Positions 12,465-27,300 of a DNA stretch of 64,000 bases are shown in pieces (positions within the stretch are counted from its first letter, which is position 1; each line of letters begins with the position of its first letter). Below the pieces are notes generated by a model. The model did no database searches. It was not told the origin of the DNA and worked only from the letters and a program-made list of their open reading frames with translations. The DNA is from Eledone cirrhosa (taxonomy: Eukaryota), in the NCBI GenBank assembly GCA_964016885.1, contig OZ024740.1, positions 387,004,001 to 387,068,000 of the forward strand. Direction: 5' to 3'. Made by a program: the position numbers and the translations under genes.

Positions 12465-13959
12465 CTGGGGATAAAAAATAGAATTGGGATTTAAAGTTAA
12501 CTGTTAATCGAAATATTATTATATTTGAAATTAGAAACAATTTTAATTATAAACACCCAACAATAATATTCAAAATGAAATCTTCAGCTAAAATTAGGAT
12601 CAATGATGATGATAAAACATGATAGACCATCTAACAAGAGAACATAGGGATATTGATAACAACAACAGAATGAGAAGCATGTATTGAAATAGGAGCAGCA
12701 GTGGTCCTGCAGGCAAAAGAACGATGATGATGATAGCCAACTCATGAAAGCTATTCATGATCATTTTTTTTATTTTAGCAGATCTGAATGAAAATGGGAA
12801 ATGATTTCAAGATCTAAGAAAAAAAAATCAGTTTTATTAACACGTTTAAAAGAAAAAGATAATCTCATTTTGGTTTCAGTAACAAGGGACAACTATGGAC
12901 ATGTTTCAACCTCAATTTGACTTCACCGGAATAGCAGTATCATCCTCAGAGATAAAGGCAGCTAAAACCTTACCAAGCATTAATTAAAATTCTATTTTTT
13001 TCATATATATTTGAAAATCATCATTATCATCAGTTTATACTTTCCATGGTAGCATGGGTTGGACAGGTTTACATGGTTTTAGATTAGTCAGCAAACCACA
13101 TTTCACTTGTATGTCACATTTTCTGGCATGATTTTAACAGCTGGATGACTTTCCTAACATCAACCACTTTACAGAGTCTACTGGGTACATTTAATTGAGG
13201 TGTTAACACTACATTGTTCAATTGATACCACTTTATAGAGTGTACTGGGTGTATTTTATTGTTGCATCAACACTAGATACTTCATTGTATTCAGCAGGAC
13301 TAACCCTTTAGTTACCAACCCGGTTAAAACCAGCTCTGGTTCTATGAAATAAAATTACCCATTTTCATGGTTTCCAATTTAAATTAAAATCTTCAAATAT
13401 AATTTTATATAGTTACCTTACATTAAGTTACTATATTACTAATGAAGTCATTAATAATTTTAGTAAATATCTCAAAATTCTTCATTAATTAAAATAGAGT
13501 GTATTTCATTAGAAATGCAATCATGAAAAAAAAATAGTGTACAAACAATTGGGAGAAGACACACAATCACACATCACAAAAAAAGTGCTGGAGTTTCTTT
13601 CTAATAATTTTGAAGCAAGGTAACATTCACAGCATTGCTATGTGTGATAGTGAGGCTAAGGCACTGGAATAACCAAGCACTCCTGAGTTTCACCTGATGC
13701 GTGGCAAACTGCTAACAATGACAAGAACCTCATTGTCAGCAGCCCAGCTCCCCCAAGCGTCTCAAATGCTACAAGCTCAAAAAAACAATTAGCTAATAAT
13801 TCTTGGTGTTTTAGAATTTTATTTCTATTGAGTTATGGATGCAGTGACCTCACCTTCACTGCAGCATTGAAGATGTAGAAAGGAGCAAAAGAGTCACTAA
13901 CTGTGGCATCCCAGATGAGATATCTACTTCTAGCCCACGGGAAAAGGGTAAAACTGTCT

Positions 13960-14545
13960 GACCTCTTTCCATCAGCCTTGAACAATCAGCTGGCTTCAGA
14001 ATCGAGAGGATATCAACTAGAGTTAGGGCCCACTTGATAAGAAGGTTCAGATAAAAGGTATACACATTACCCTACATCATCTCCATTCATTCAAAGCAAT
14101 GTATCGAGAAAGATTAATAAAAGATATAGCTTTGACAGAAAGACCATTCAAGGTACATTTTCACTACAATACAGGATCATAATTCAGACACGAATATAAT
14201 ACAATCTGCCCTCCACTATGAGAGAAAAATCCATTGTTGCCAGGAAAGGTAATAGCTCCCTGAACTTTTTCAGCCAGTTCTTATTCTAGCTAATATGCTT
14301 TTAGAACACCCACCGCCATTGCAAATTAAGTTACCTAGGTAACAACAGTTCTCAATTAACTAGGGAGCATGCTGAGCATTTGAGAAAATCTATTTCTTGT
14401 GTGATCTTAGTGTTTACTCCTGTGCATCTGTTGCACATGAAATTTACATTCCTTATTAGCTTGCCTGTGATTCTACTACATCTATTGCACATCAATAACT
14501 TACTAGGTGCACAGTATGAAATTCTTCCTTACTCTTTTTCTGTGA
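13960..14545 (-). mobile_element. Old degenerate RTE RT fragment
   Basis: Reverse complement includes remnants of RTGWKKFRELLP and YLG. Confidence 0.5.
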
Positions 14546-15627
14546 TATAAAAAAAATTACATCATTAATTTAACGAGGAAAATATTTGATCATTCTATAT
14601 ACATTTTTATCAACATTTTCTAAAAAAGAAAAAAAAAACGCAAAAAACTATTTATTCAAACTCTTAAAAAAGAAATTTTTTTTAAATGCTACCTAAATAA
14701 TAAATAGATATTAAGCACACCACTCCCCTCCTCAATTTTGTTTAATCAACTCATATTTCATATTATATTAAGTCTTCCGTTGCCATATTTCAATGAAAAA
14801 TATTGCCAACGATTTTCAAATAATTTTTAAAATAATCAAAACTTTGGAGAGATTTAGTAATATAAATTTCTCATTATTAAGCTGGTGTTTAGAGCAGATT
14901 CTTACATAAACTTATGATGGAAGGTTTTTAGATAGATGAAACCACTTCAAAGCAAACAACATTGTATTATAAAACCAGGGGCATTTTCAAAAAGTTTAAT
15001 ATCAAAAGGTTAAGATTTCATATTTAGAATTCCAGTTTGTGTTTGTCACATTTTTAAAAACTATAATTTTATTACTTTTGTAGTGCATCTAGATATATCT
15101 CAAATCTTATGATATAAACTAGCAAGAAAGCCTTTTCATGGTCATTAACTCTTCTAAATAAAGCAGCAAAATCCCACCAAATCATACCCCACTTTATTGG
15201 AATGCCTTTATCTGCACGATCAAGACTGAACAATAGCAACAACATTTTGCGGCACAATGTTTGTGAACCATTGTTGTAGATTATAGATTCCCTTATTTGA
15301 TATTGTGTAATGTTACTCATTTTAAATACATGGTGATCCAGCAAGAAAGTGCCATACATATATGGCCAATATAAGAGTTAGAATCGTGAAGTTGATGGGT
15401 GATAGTAAACTTTCATGCTTGTAATAGACTTGTATGTCACATTTGTCAGTTATAATATGATCACATGGTGGCAAGATTGTAGTTTGTTACTGATATAAAG
15501 GTTTTTTTTTTTTGTTGCTTTTTTTTGTTTTTATAGTATATTATTAGTATTAGTTTTAGGGCAGTGGATTAGTAGTATCGGTAGTGTTGGACAAAATGCT
15601 TTGTGGTGTTTATTATGATTTTTGTGA

Positions 15628-15790
15628 AGGCGCATGGCTGAGTGGTTAGAGAATTGGATTCGCAATCGCGAGGTTGTGATTTCGATTCTCAGACCGAGCG
15701 ATGCGTTATGTCCTTGAGTAAGACACTTTATTTCACGTTGTTCCTTCTGCCTGGAGTTGCAACTGACAGATAGTATTAGCAATTGGAAAG
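15628..15790 (+). mobile_element. tRNA-derived SINE (OR/CORE-like), apparently nested in an OK-like SINE (15560-15610 + 15885-16040)
   Basis: A-box-like tggctgagtgg, B-box-like gatttcgattc, then tgtccttgagtaagacacttt; flanked by the 5' and 3' parts of an OK-like SINE. Confidence 0.6.
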
Positions 15791-16854
15791 ACCAATGGAA
15801 ACATTGTTTCCTCGGTCTGATTGGACAAGCTCCACCCCACTCTTTAAGCGAGTGAGGTCTGGGATCTTGTCAATCAACCAGATATATTATGACTTTCTAC
15901 GCTCTGACTTCAAATTCGTCAATGTCAACTATGTTTTTCATCCTTCTGGGGTTGATAAAATAAAATACCAGCTAAGTACTGGGATCAATATAATTTAATT
16001 TCTCCTTCCCTTAAATTTCTGGCTTTGTGCCAATGTCAGAATTATTTGTATTAGTTTATAATTGTGAGAATGTATTTTGTGTTTACATGATAGTAAGAGG
16101 CAAAGGGCAAGGTTCAGGCTGGACTGGAATCCATACACAGTTATATAGTGATAAACAAGGAAAGAAAAGAGTACAGATGGTATGTGGTCAAGTAGTTAGG
16201 GTGTTTGACTCATGTTCTTAATGCTGTGAGTTTGAAGACACTATTTCACATTGCTAGTCCACTCAGCTGGCAAAATTGTGTTGTAATTCAAAGGGCCAGT
16301 CTTACCACAAACGCTGTCATGAAACATTTTCTATAAGAACTACATTAAGCATGTGGAATGCTCAGCCACTTAATTTCATAATTTCACAAGCAGGCTGTTC
16401 TGTTTGAACTGGCATCGTCGGAACCAACGAAAACCCAACAGCTAGTTTCACTATCAACGCAACTAGGTAAAAGCCAGAGGAAGTAGTAGTAGGGACACAT
16501 AACAGTCAGGAATCAGTAGAGAGAGAGAAATAAATAGACTATTGGGTAAACAAGCAAGCAAACACTTAGACTGAAAAACAATTCAGTGCCAGCTGTAGAA
16601 TGCAGAAAGTAACTTGATATAGTAACATGTGATATTAAAAGCACGAGTTACAACAGGAATATGAGGAAATATATTGCACCAATAACAACAATAATACTTT
16701 CATTTATTTGCTACAGGAGCAATTATATATTAAAAAAATGAAATGTAGAACATTAAAATTGGTAAACAAAAACAAATAAATTAAACAAAATAAATACACA
16801 TACATATATAATAATATACAAATGAATAATAGATAAAAAATAAAGAACAAATGA

Positions 16855-19084
16855 ATCATCATCATCAACGTTTAACGTCCGTGTTCCACGCTTGCATGTG
16901 TTTGGACGGGGGTAGTCCCACTTGAGGCAAGAGTGATTGTCTTGCTCGCATAGGACTATCTGGCAGGTTTTCTACAGTTGGATGCCCTTCCTAACACCAA
17001 CCACATTTACAGTGTGGGTCTGGGAGGTTTTTACCGTGTTGCCTACACGGCCACATTACAGCGTGGACTGTGTGTTTTTTTTGTCGTGACACCTACACGA
17101 TCTCATTTGTTTCGGCCTGGATGGCGCGGCACCAACATAACTTTACATAGAACGGGGTGGTGTGGATGTGGTGGGGGTGGTGGTGGTGGGACGGGGTGTA
17201 TTTTGTTAGAGATGCCTACTGGCTGGAGTAGGTTTTACTATATATTTAGGTAAGGCGGGTCTTCTCTGTTACTGAGTACCGCCAAAGGTCTCGGTCCAGT
17301 GACATTGTCTTGGAGAGGTGTAAGTGTGTGATGTCGGAGTTTATCAGCTCGTCCCAGGTTTTTCTAGGTCTGCCTATTCCGTGACTACCGTCTATCTTTA
17401 TTGCCCTGCACTTTGTTATACAGCTATCGACTTTCATGCGCATCACGTGTCCATACCAACGTAGCCTTCTCTCGAGTAAACAACATCTGATCCCTCTTAT
17501 TTCTAATTTTTTCCTTAGTTCGTTTATGCTTTGCCGTTCACGTATATTACTGTTACACATCCAGCGGAGCATGCAAGCTTCGTTCCTCTCTAGTCTGCGT
17601 ATATCCTCTGCACACAATGCCCAGGTCTCACTGCCATGCAACATTGCTGTTCGTATGCAGGCATCGTACAACCTGCCTTTCATTTTTAGGGAGAACCCTT
17701 TAGCAGCTAATAGTGGTAATAAGCTCTCTGAACTTTTTCCAACCAGTTCTGACTCTAGCTACAGTACTTTCAGAGCACCCTCCCCCACTGCTGATTTTAT
17801 CGCCCAGATAACGGAAGCTGTCCACTATTTCTATAGAACCCTCTGCGCAACTGAAAGAGCTAGTATTTTGTGGGCACTTGCTGCTACTTATTGCACCAGA
17901 ACACCGGCCACATGTAAAATCTATGTTCTTAGTTAGCTTACCTGTGATCCCACTACATCTTTTATGCACCCATACTTTGCATTTAGGACATAAAATGGAG
18001 TTTCTACCTACGCCTTTCCTACACACCGAGCACGACCATTTCCCAGAAGGGACCGCCGCCTTGTTTTCTTTCCTACAAACTAGAACTTTGGTCTTAGCCA
18101 GGTTAATTTTAAGTCCTTTTGACTCTAGGCCGTGCTTCCATGTTTGGAATTTCTTCTCTAGCTCGGCCATTGATTCCGCTATGAGTGTCAGGTCGTCTGC
18201 GTATAGGAGTTCCCATGGGCAGCCTGTCTTGAACTCCTCTGTTATAGCCTGAAGGGCAATAATAAATAGTAGGGGGCTGAGAACAGAGCCCTGATGGACG
18301 CCAACTTTTACGCTAAACTCTTCACTATATTCGTTGTTAATTCTAACCTTGCTGACTGTTTCTTTATACATGGCTTGTATAGCCCTCACAAGCCATTCAT
18401 CAACGCCTAGTTTTCTAAGAGCCCACCAGATAATGGAGCGGGGGACTCTGTCGAAGGCTTTCTCCAAGTCGACAAAAGCTAAGTAGAGGGGTTTACCTTT
18501 AGCTAGGTACTTCTCCTGTAGTTGTCGTACTATGAAAAGAGCGTCTGTGGTACTTTTGCCTGACACAAACCCGAACTGCATTTCATCTAGGTCAATTCTC
18601 TCTCTGATTAGTTGCGCTATTACTTTTTCCGTGACCTTCATGACCTGGTCGATTAATTTAATGCCTCTATAGTTACTCCTATCTAGGGCATCTCCTTTAC
18701 CCTTATAACAGTTAACGATGATGCTGCTATGCCAGTCCTTCGGAACAACCCCATTCTGTACGACTTGGTTAACTATGCGGGTGACCATGGTGTGTCCCAC
18801 CGTGCCAGATGCCTTCAGCATTTCAGCAACTATTTCCGAAGGCCCAGCCGCCTTACCCGTCTTCATATCCTTGATTGCCTTACTTATTATACTCCCCTCG
18901 ACTAACACTGCTGGTCCCTCTATTGGGTCGATATGGGGGAGACTGTCTTTCTCCCATTTATTCTCCTCATTTAGTAGCCTTTCATAGTGACACTTCCAAG
19001 CTACCTTCTTATCAGCGTCGGTGATGGCAAGTGTGCCATCGTCGTTTAGTACACACTTCTCCCCGACAATATCACGGTTTTCCC
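16855..19084 (-). mobile_element. 5'-truncated RTE-clade LINE (same subfamily as 57437-61359)
   Basis: RT ORFs 17700-19145 and 17246-17683 (one frameshift) with QFGF, FVDLEKAFD, GVHQGSVLSP, YADD and a PHD-like Cys cluster. The 3' UTR is nearly identical to 60975-61359, and there is a (CAT)n tail at 16855-16866. Confidence 0.95.
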
Positions 19085-20092
19085 TATAGATAAAAAAATA
19101 AACAAAAGCAACTGAACCACTTAAAATAATATCAGAGCACCCCACTATCAGATTGCCCCGCTAAACTGTATGTGAATATCTCAGGTATCAGATTGGCTGG
19201 TACCCGAGTTTTAAAACAAAAATGGTGGGAGGCGGATTTAGCAATTTAACTAACTTCATTAAATTAGTGTTTAGAACATAACTTAAGAAAAGATTCTTTA
19301 AAAATTTAGCTATGATTCTTTAACATGAACGACTTTAAAACAAAGTTTTTCATCACAAAATCAGGGGCAGTTTCAGGTGAGTTAAAGAATCATAGCTGGA
19401 ATGCACTACTTTCATTTTTTTCTCTAAAAAAAGAGAATATTCAGTGTATTAATGATTTGCCAATGAATAAGAACATAGCAAATGACAGAATACTAGAAAT
19501 GAAAGCAAACTCATCAGAACGGCTAACAAAAGATGTTGGTTTATTTAAATTCCTTTCCATTTGTCTAGAAGAACTATTACATCATCTGCTAGGTTAACTA
19601 TCATCACTCAAATTTGTAAGGGTTACGAAATATATGAAGAACTAGGTTAACTTGATAATGCTAGTTATACCACAAGGGTACCAAAATATGTAATACAATA
19701 GCAAACAAAATTGTCTTAACAGATTCACCTTTCAAAAATAGTATATGACAACTGATGTCATAGCCAACACTGCTGGTAATTCATTTTAAGAATATGTTGG
19801 GCATTTACAGGTAGCTTTTCATTGTATTATATACATAAGGAGGTTTTATGTTCAAAGACTGGCTTTTAGAAACATGAAGATGTGATTAACCCTTTTGTTG
19901 CTTTATTTATAATGGAATACATTACATTTAAATGAATTAATGAAGCATCTTAATAATGAAATTATTTATTTCATTATTAAGATCATATTTGTAACATCAG
20001 ATAGAATCATGTTTTGCCCTGTTCATTCCAGTTCTTTGCACTGTGTTCAAATTCCACCAAGATGAACTTTGCTTTTCATCTTTTCGTGGTCT

Positions 20093-20330
20093 AGTACTGG
20101 AGTCAATTCTCCCTCTACATCTTACTTCTCTTTCTCTGGAAGAAATCAATTTTTTCAGATCGGTACTGAGGTCAAATCTTTCTCTATATATCTCTCTCAC
20201 ACACCTTCTCTGGAAGAAATTGACTGTCTTCAGATCTGTACTAAGGTCAATTCTTCCTTTATATTTTTCTTACTTCCTCTATCACTCTCCTATTCTCTGG
20301 AAGAAATTCGCTGTGTTCAGACATGAAGAA
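20093..20330 (+). repeat. Three diverged ~70-80 bp tandem units (gtact..ggtcaa...ttctctggaagaaat...ttcaga)
   Basis: The motifs ttctctggaagaaat and gtact(g/a)aggtcaa each recur three times. Confidence 0.6.
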
Positions 20331-21124
20331 GGGCGAGACCTATCAGGTTTAAAATATCCAAAACATGCCATATGTCACTATTGCCCCCTACAACTCTATC
20401 AGGAGATACGGGTCCATACATATCCTCATTTAACATCCATTTTCCATGCATGCATTGGTTAGATGGATTGTCACATTAAGAGACAATTCAAGTCAGGAGA
20501 CCACATCTTCCTCATACAGATTTATGTTTTGGCTTTGTTTCTATAGCTGGATGCCCTTCTTAACACCAACTACGTTACAGTGTGGACTGGGTACTTTTTA
20601 TTGTGGAACCAAAATGACCATCTAATAGGGTATACTGCATGGTTTTTGTATTGTTACCATTATGACCACCTTACAAGGTGGACTGGGCACTTTTTGTCAT
20701 GTCACCAGTATGACCACCTTACATGGTGAATTGAATGCACTTTTTCTTTACATATATATTTTAATTTTAATTGGAACCCTTTAAAATAGGTAGTCTTATT
20801 TCTTAGAGACAGAGGCAGTTTTGTGTGAGTTGGTATCAAAAGAGTTAAAATTGTAACCATGGTAATTGATTTTACATTTTAATTATCGACATTCCCTTTT
20901 TTTCTTGGGGGAAAAAAAAAAAAAAAAAAAAAATCCATTATTCATTAATTTTATTATTTAGGAATTACTTGTTATAAATATAAGGCAGATCCAATCAAAC
21001 CATTCAAGCTGGTGCAGTAATGTGCCAGTTTCAACATTCGGTAATCAGAAGAAGGGAGGTAGGCATAAAAGCCAAACTCGCTATCTTCAATTCGGTTTTC
21101 GGGCCAACCCTATGGTCATGAATC

Positions 21125-21595
21125 TTGCGTAATGAGTGAAAGAATACAATGGTGAATACAAGCGGCCAAGATGAAGTTCCTCCAAAGGGTCTTTGAAGTA
21201 ACGTTACTCGATAGAATGTGTAGCTCAGAAAGTCACTCCTGGTAGTGCTGCTACTTTTCCAAATTAAGAGATCACAGCTCCTGTACTATGGGCATGGGGT
21301 TAGAATGTCTCAGGAAAGAATTGCTGGACAGATTTTACGGGCAAAACCAACCGGCAAGAGACCCAGGAGTAGACCCTGAGCATGATAGTTTGATAACATC
21401 CATAAGCTTGGCTAGTCACGCTTGGTGATCCAGCTGGATCAGTTGGAGATGGATGCTTCTGACAGGACCCACGGAAAGGAGTGTTTGAGGACTGCCCCCA
21501 TGACCCTCTCAGGAATAAGTGGAAGAAGAAGAAAAGAAAAGGAAAAGGAAAAGGAAAAGAAAAAGGAAAAGGAAAAGGAAAAGGAAAAAAAAAAC
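21125..21595 (+). mobile_element. Old LINE 3' end (RTE-like, different family) with (GAAAAG)n-expanded tail
   Basis: Remnants resembling IQAA.MKFL and G.RP..RP, followed by gaagaagaag and (gaaaag)n at ~21521-21590. Confidence 0.5.
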
Positions 21596-22248
21596 AGTAG
21601 TAGTAGTCAAACAATTCAGACATTGTCTAAACAGTGTTCTTTGACAATGCTTTCAAGCATTTTGTTTAATTTTTCCTTTTACTATAATAGTTTCTACATT
21701 TGGCACAAGGCCAGCAATTACCCCAGTGCATTACTGGTGCTTTATTTTATAGACCCCATATGCTGGCATGGGCTAAACGGGACTTTTTGAGGTAATGTTT
21801 TATAACCAGATGCTCTTCTTAATATAAACCCTTTTAGTCACCTTATATGACATGGAAGGATACAATGTACCTATTCTAAAAAATGGAATACATACAGTAA
21901 TAAAAATGATAATCAGCTACTCAAAAATTCTCATGAGCACATGAATGTTTTTTAGAAAAGTATCTCTAATGTGGGTACACATTTTCAAAAGGGTTCACCA
22001 TCCCTGTATTAGGCTAATGTAAATTTTTATGTTTAAAATATTTTATTGGTTAAGTTTAGACTGATGAAACTGAAGCTGTTGATTTTCAGCTTAAATTCTT
22101 GCAGTTTGACATGTGCAGGGTGAGAATTTCAGAGGAATGACATTTTGGGAAGGAAGAACTGGGTTTAGTGGTTAGTGCAGGGCCTGAACATGGTGGTGAA
22201 AACGATATGAGTGACGAGAGAAGAGACAAGTGTGGCTGGAATGCTTAA

Positions 22249-22455
22249 CCCTTTGGTGTTTAAACTGGCTGTATCCGTCCAGAATTCTCTCACCTCTTTC
22301 TGTTCAAACCGGCCATAACCGGCTGCTCATACTTATTTTAAGATATTTTTCTCAAAATAAATAAAATCAAAATTTCATAGATTCAATATTATGTGAGATA
22401 AAGTGTTTACTGTGAAAGTACAATAGTATATATTGAGTAATGTAATGCTAAAGCG
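22249..22455. mobile_element. piggyBac-type MITE
   Basis: TTAA|CCCTTTGG...CTAAAGCG|TTAA; internal identity with 2595-2836. Confidence 0.7.
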
Positions 22456-24339
22456 TTAAGTAGAAGTGACAGCTGAGGAGCAGAGGGTATTGTAGTAGAA
22501 AAATCAGACAGAGGAGACAATGTCTGTAGACCAGAAGTTGGATCATCTCTGTCTGTAACTTTACACATTCAACATTCATGCTCTGCTAATTCTTTTTCCA
22601 ATCTCTGCAGATCTCCTCCATTCAGTGCTCATGTTTAACTACCATGGGGCAATATATTCTTTACATATACTTCACAAAGATAGAAATCTCCAGTTGCTAA
22701 CAATGATAACACCTCCCACAAATACTTCCATCTCTTCAAACCATTGAGGGAGCCTCTAGATGGTCATTCAACCTGATGGAAATAATAGCCAAATTACTTC
22801 ATATCAAATTCAATTGTTTTTAAAGATAAAGTACACATTGTATAATATACACTTAACACTTTTGATACCAAAACCACCTGAAACCTCTCTTAGTTCTATG
22901 ATACAAAATTCTTTATTTTACAATGAATATATTTATCTAAAAGCCTTCCATCATAATTATAGGCAGTGTCTTTCTAGTCAGAGCTGACCTGTGGCTAAAC
23001 AACAACACTTTCTTAGCTTAGTTATTTATATTTTGCCACAACCATATATTTATCAAAATGATTTAAAATCTCCTATAAGTAGAAACTGTAGATTATAACC
23101 AGCATGGTATGAGGGAAAAATGAATAAACGATAAAATACTGAAGATTGGCAAAAAGGCACACATTTCTGAGGTAAAGTAGAGTTTAATGGATCAATCTTA
23201 GTACATGCAAGCAATTATTTAATCAATTTCCCAAAGATGGAAGACAAGTCAAACCTGGTGGGATAAAGTAACAGAAATAAACACTAAAAAATAATTTAGC
23301 CTGGCACTGCCAGTACAGCTATACCTTACTCTACTCCTTTCATCACACCTCAGCAGATAATAATTATAGTAATAAAATAAAATATATGTAAACAAGATAT
23401 ATATTTCAATACAAATGCGTAATCTAAATACATCATAGATGTAAACACAAGCTTATATCTTATATTAACCTGTATAAAGCACTCATTCACAAAATGTAAA
23501 CAGCCACTGACGTAAAAACATACATTGCAACTGTACGTGGGTGTGTTTTTGGTAAAATCTGTAGCATAGTAGTAAATTCTTAGTGAAATGAGTCCATTAA
23601 ACCTGTTGTGACCATACTTCTAATGAAATACATTATGTTTCTATTAATAAAGGAAGATTTGGAGGGATTTACAAAAATTATTAATTATTTCACTGAGATG
23701 ATATTTATAACACACACATAAAAAGGTTTTCATATCAAATTATGTTGGACGATTTTAATTTAAATAGGAACCTTTTTAAAATGACATTGTTTCATAGAAT
23801 CAGAGCCAGTTTAGACAGGTTGCTATTGAAAGGGTCTGTGTGTTGTCTACATTCTTTTGTGCTCCATGAAACCAAATTTCAATGACTAATACAACAAAAG
23901 AAATTCTGTTTTATCTTAGACATCTAGAACAAAATACCTACATGAAAAAACACACATATTGTAAAGTGATTGATGTAAGGAAGAGCATCGAGTTGTAGAA
24001 AACCTGCCAAACAATGAGTCGGGAGAACTCTTCAGGTGCAATAAAGGCATAACAACCTCCCTAGTGCTGGTGCAACAATAAAATGCACCCTGTGAAGTGT
24101 GGCAATGTTTTGTAAGCAAGAAACCCAAGCACTCAGCAGAGTGCAGGAATGTAAATAAGCAAGATGGAAGCATCTGGTCCATCTGGGAGATCAGAGGCTC
24201 TGCTTTTGTAGTGACTTACTCTGTGACAACCCATCCAACCCTTGCTAACAGGAAAAACATTTTATATGATGATGAAAATGATATAGTGTTTGCTTCATTT
24301 TTTTCCAGTGGTACCCTTTCCACAATCAGAACTGCACTC

Positions 24340-27300
24340 TTAAACCCATACAATATACTTTACAACCACTATTAAACCCATACAATATACTTTACAACCA
24401 CTATTAAACCCATACAGTATACTTTACAACCACTAGTAAACCCATACAGTATACTTTACAACCACTAGTAAACCCATACAATATACTTTACAACCACTAT
24501 TAAACCCATACAGTATACTTTACAACCAGTATTAAACCCATACAATATACTTTACAACCACTATTAAACCCATACAATATACTTTACAACCACTATTAAA
24601 CCCATACAATATACTTTACAACCACTATTAAACCCATACAATATACTTTACAACCACTATTAAACCCATACAATATACTTTACAACCACTATTGAACCCA
24701 TACAATATACTTTACAACCACTATTAAACCCATACAATATACTTTACAACCACTATTAAACCCATACAATATACTTTACAACCACTATTAAACCCATACA
24801 ATATACTTTACAACCACTATTAAACCCATACAATATACTTTACAACCACTATTAAACCCATACAGTATACTTTACAACCACTAGTAAACCCATACAGTAT
24901 ACTTTACAACCACTATTAAACCCATACAATATACTTTACAACCACTATTAAACCCATACAATATACTTTACAACCATTATTAAACCCATACAATATACTT
25001 TACAACCATTATTAAACCCATACAATATACTTTACAACCACTAGTAAACCCATACAATATACTTTACAACCACTATTAAACCCATACAGTATACTTTACA
25101 ACCACTAGTAAACCCATACAGTATACTTTACAACCACTATTAAACCCATACAATATACTTTACAACCACTATTAAACCCATACAATATACTTTACAACCA
25201 TTATTAAACCCATACAATATACTTTACAACCACTAGTAAACCCATACAATATACTTTACAACCACTATTAAACCCATACAGTATACTTTACAACCATTAT
25301 TAAACCCATACAATATACTTTACAACCATTATTAAACCCATGCAATATACTTTACAACCACTATTAAACCCATACAGTATACTTTACAACCACTATTAAA
25401 CCCATATAATATACTTTACAACGACTATTAAACCCATACAGTATACTTTACAACCAGTATTAAACCCATACAGTATACTTTACAACCAGTATTAAACCCA
25501 TACAGTATACTTTACAACGACTATTAAACCCATACAGTATACTTTACAACCACTATTAAACCCATACAATATACTTTACAACCATTATTAAAACCAGCGG
25601 TAGATTGGCAGTATCGGTAGAGGGTCGGACGCCATGCTTTCCAGCATAGTTACGTCCCTTTACGATCTGAGTTCAAATCCCGCCGAGGTTGACTTTGCCT
25701 TTCATCCTTACGGGGTCGATAAAATAAAGTACCAGTAATGCATTGGGTAATTGCTGGCCTTGTGCCTAAAGTAGAAACAATTATTAAACCCATACAGTAT
25801 ACTTTACAACCACTATTAAACCCATACAATATACTTTACAACCATTATTAAACCCATACAATATACTTTACAATCACTATTAAACCCATACAATATACTT
25901 TACAACCACTATTAAACCCATACAGTATACTTTACAACCACTATTAAACCCATACAATATACTTTACAACCATTATTAAACCCATACAATATACTTTACA
26001 ATCACTATTAAACCCATACAATATACTTTACAACCACTATTAAACCCATACAGTATACTTTACAACCACTATTAAACCCATACAATATACTTTACAACCA
26101 CTATTAAACCCATACAGTATACTTTACAACCATTATTAAAGCCATACAATATACTTTACAATCACTATTAAACCCATACAATATACTTTACAACCACTAT
26201 TAAACCCATACAGTATACTTTACAACCATTATTAAACCCATACAATATACTTTACAACCATTATTAAACCCATACAATATACTTTACAACCATTATTAAA
26301 CCCATACAATATACTTTACAATCACTATTAAACCCATACAGTATACTTTACAACCACTATTAAACCCATACAGTATACTTTACAACTATTAAGCCCATAC
26401 AATATACTTTACAACCATTATTAAACCCATACAATATACTTTACAATCACTATTAAACCCATACAGTATACTTTACAACCACTATTAAACCCATACAATA
26501 TACTTTACAACCACTATTAAACCCATACAATATACTTTACAACCATTATTAAACCCATACAATATACTTTACAATCACTATTAAACCCATACAATATACT
26601 TTACAACCACTATTAAACCCATACAATATACTTTACAACCACTATTAAACCCATACAATATACTTTACAACCACTAGTAAACCCATACAATATACTTTAC
26701 AACCATTATTAAACCCATACAATATACTTTACAACCACTATTAAACCCATACAGTATACTTTACAACCATTATTAAACCCATACAGTATACTTTACAACC
26801 ACTATTAAACCCATACAATATACTTTACAACCATTATTAAACCCATACAATATACTTTACAACCACTATTAAACCCATACAGTATACTTTACAACCATTA
26901 TTAAACCCATACAGTATACTTTACAACCACTATTAAACCCATACAATATACTTTACAACCATTATTAAACCCATACAATATACTTTACAACCACTATTAA
27001 ACCCATACAATATACTTTACAACCACTAGTAAACCCATACAATATACTTTACAACCACTATTAAACCCATACAATATACTTTACAACCATTATTAAACAC
27101 ATACAATATACTTTACAACCACTAGTAAACCCATACAATATACTTTACAACCACTATTAAACCCATACAGTATACTTTACAACCACTATTAAACCCATAC
27201 AGTATACTTTACAACCACTATTAAACCCATACAATATACTTTACAACCATTATTAAACCCATACAATATACTTTACAACCACTATTAAACCCATACAGTA

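Noticed and set aside
13709-13742. 13-bp hairpin ctgctaacaatga/tcattgtcagcag as part of an HDV-like ribozyme or pre-miRNA
   Set aside because: I could not assemble P1-P3/L3 around it, and the stem is too short for a pre-miRNA.
16829-19103. Target-site duplication around the truncated RTE (atagataaaaaataaa on both sides)
   Set aside because: The left copy is not adjacent to the tail and the match is low-complexity, so it is not a secure TSD.
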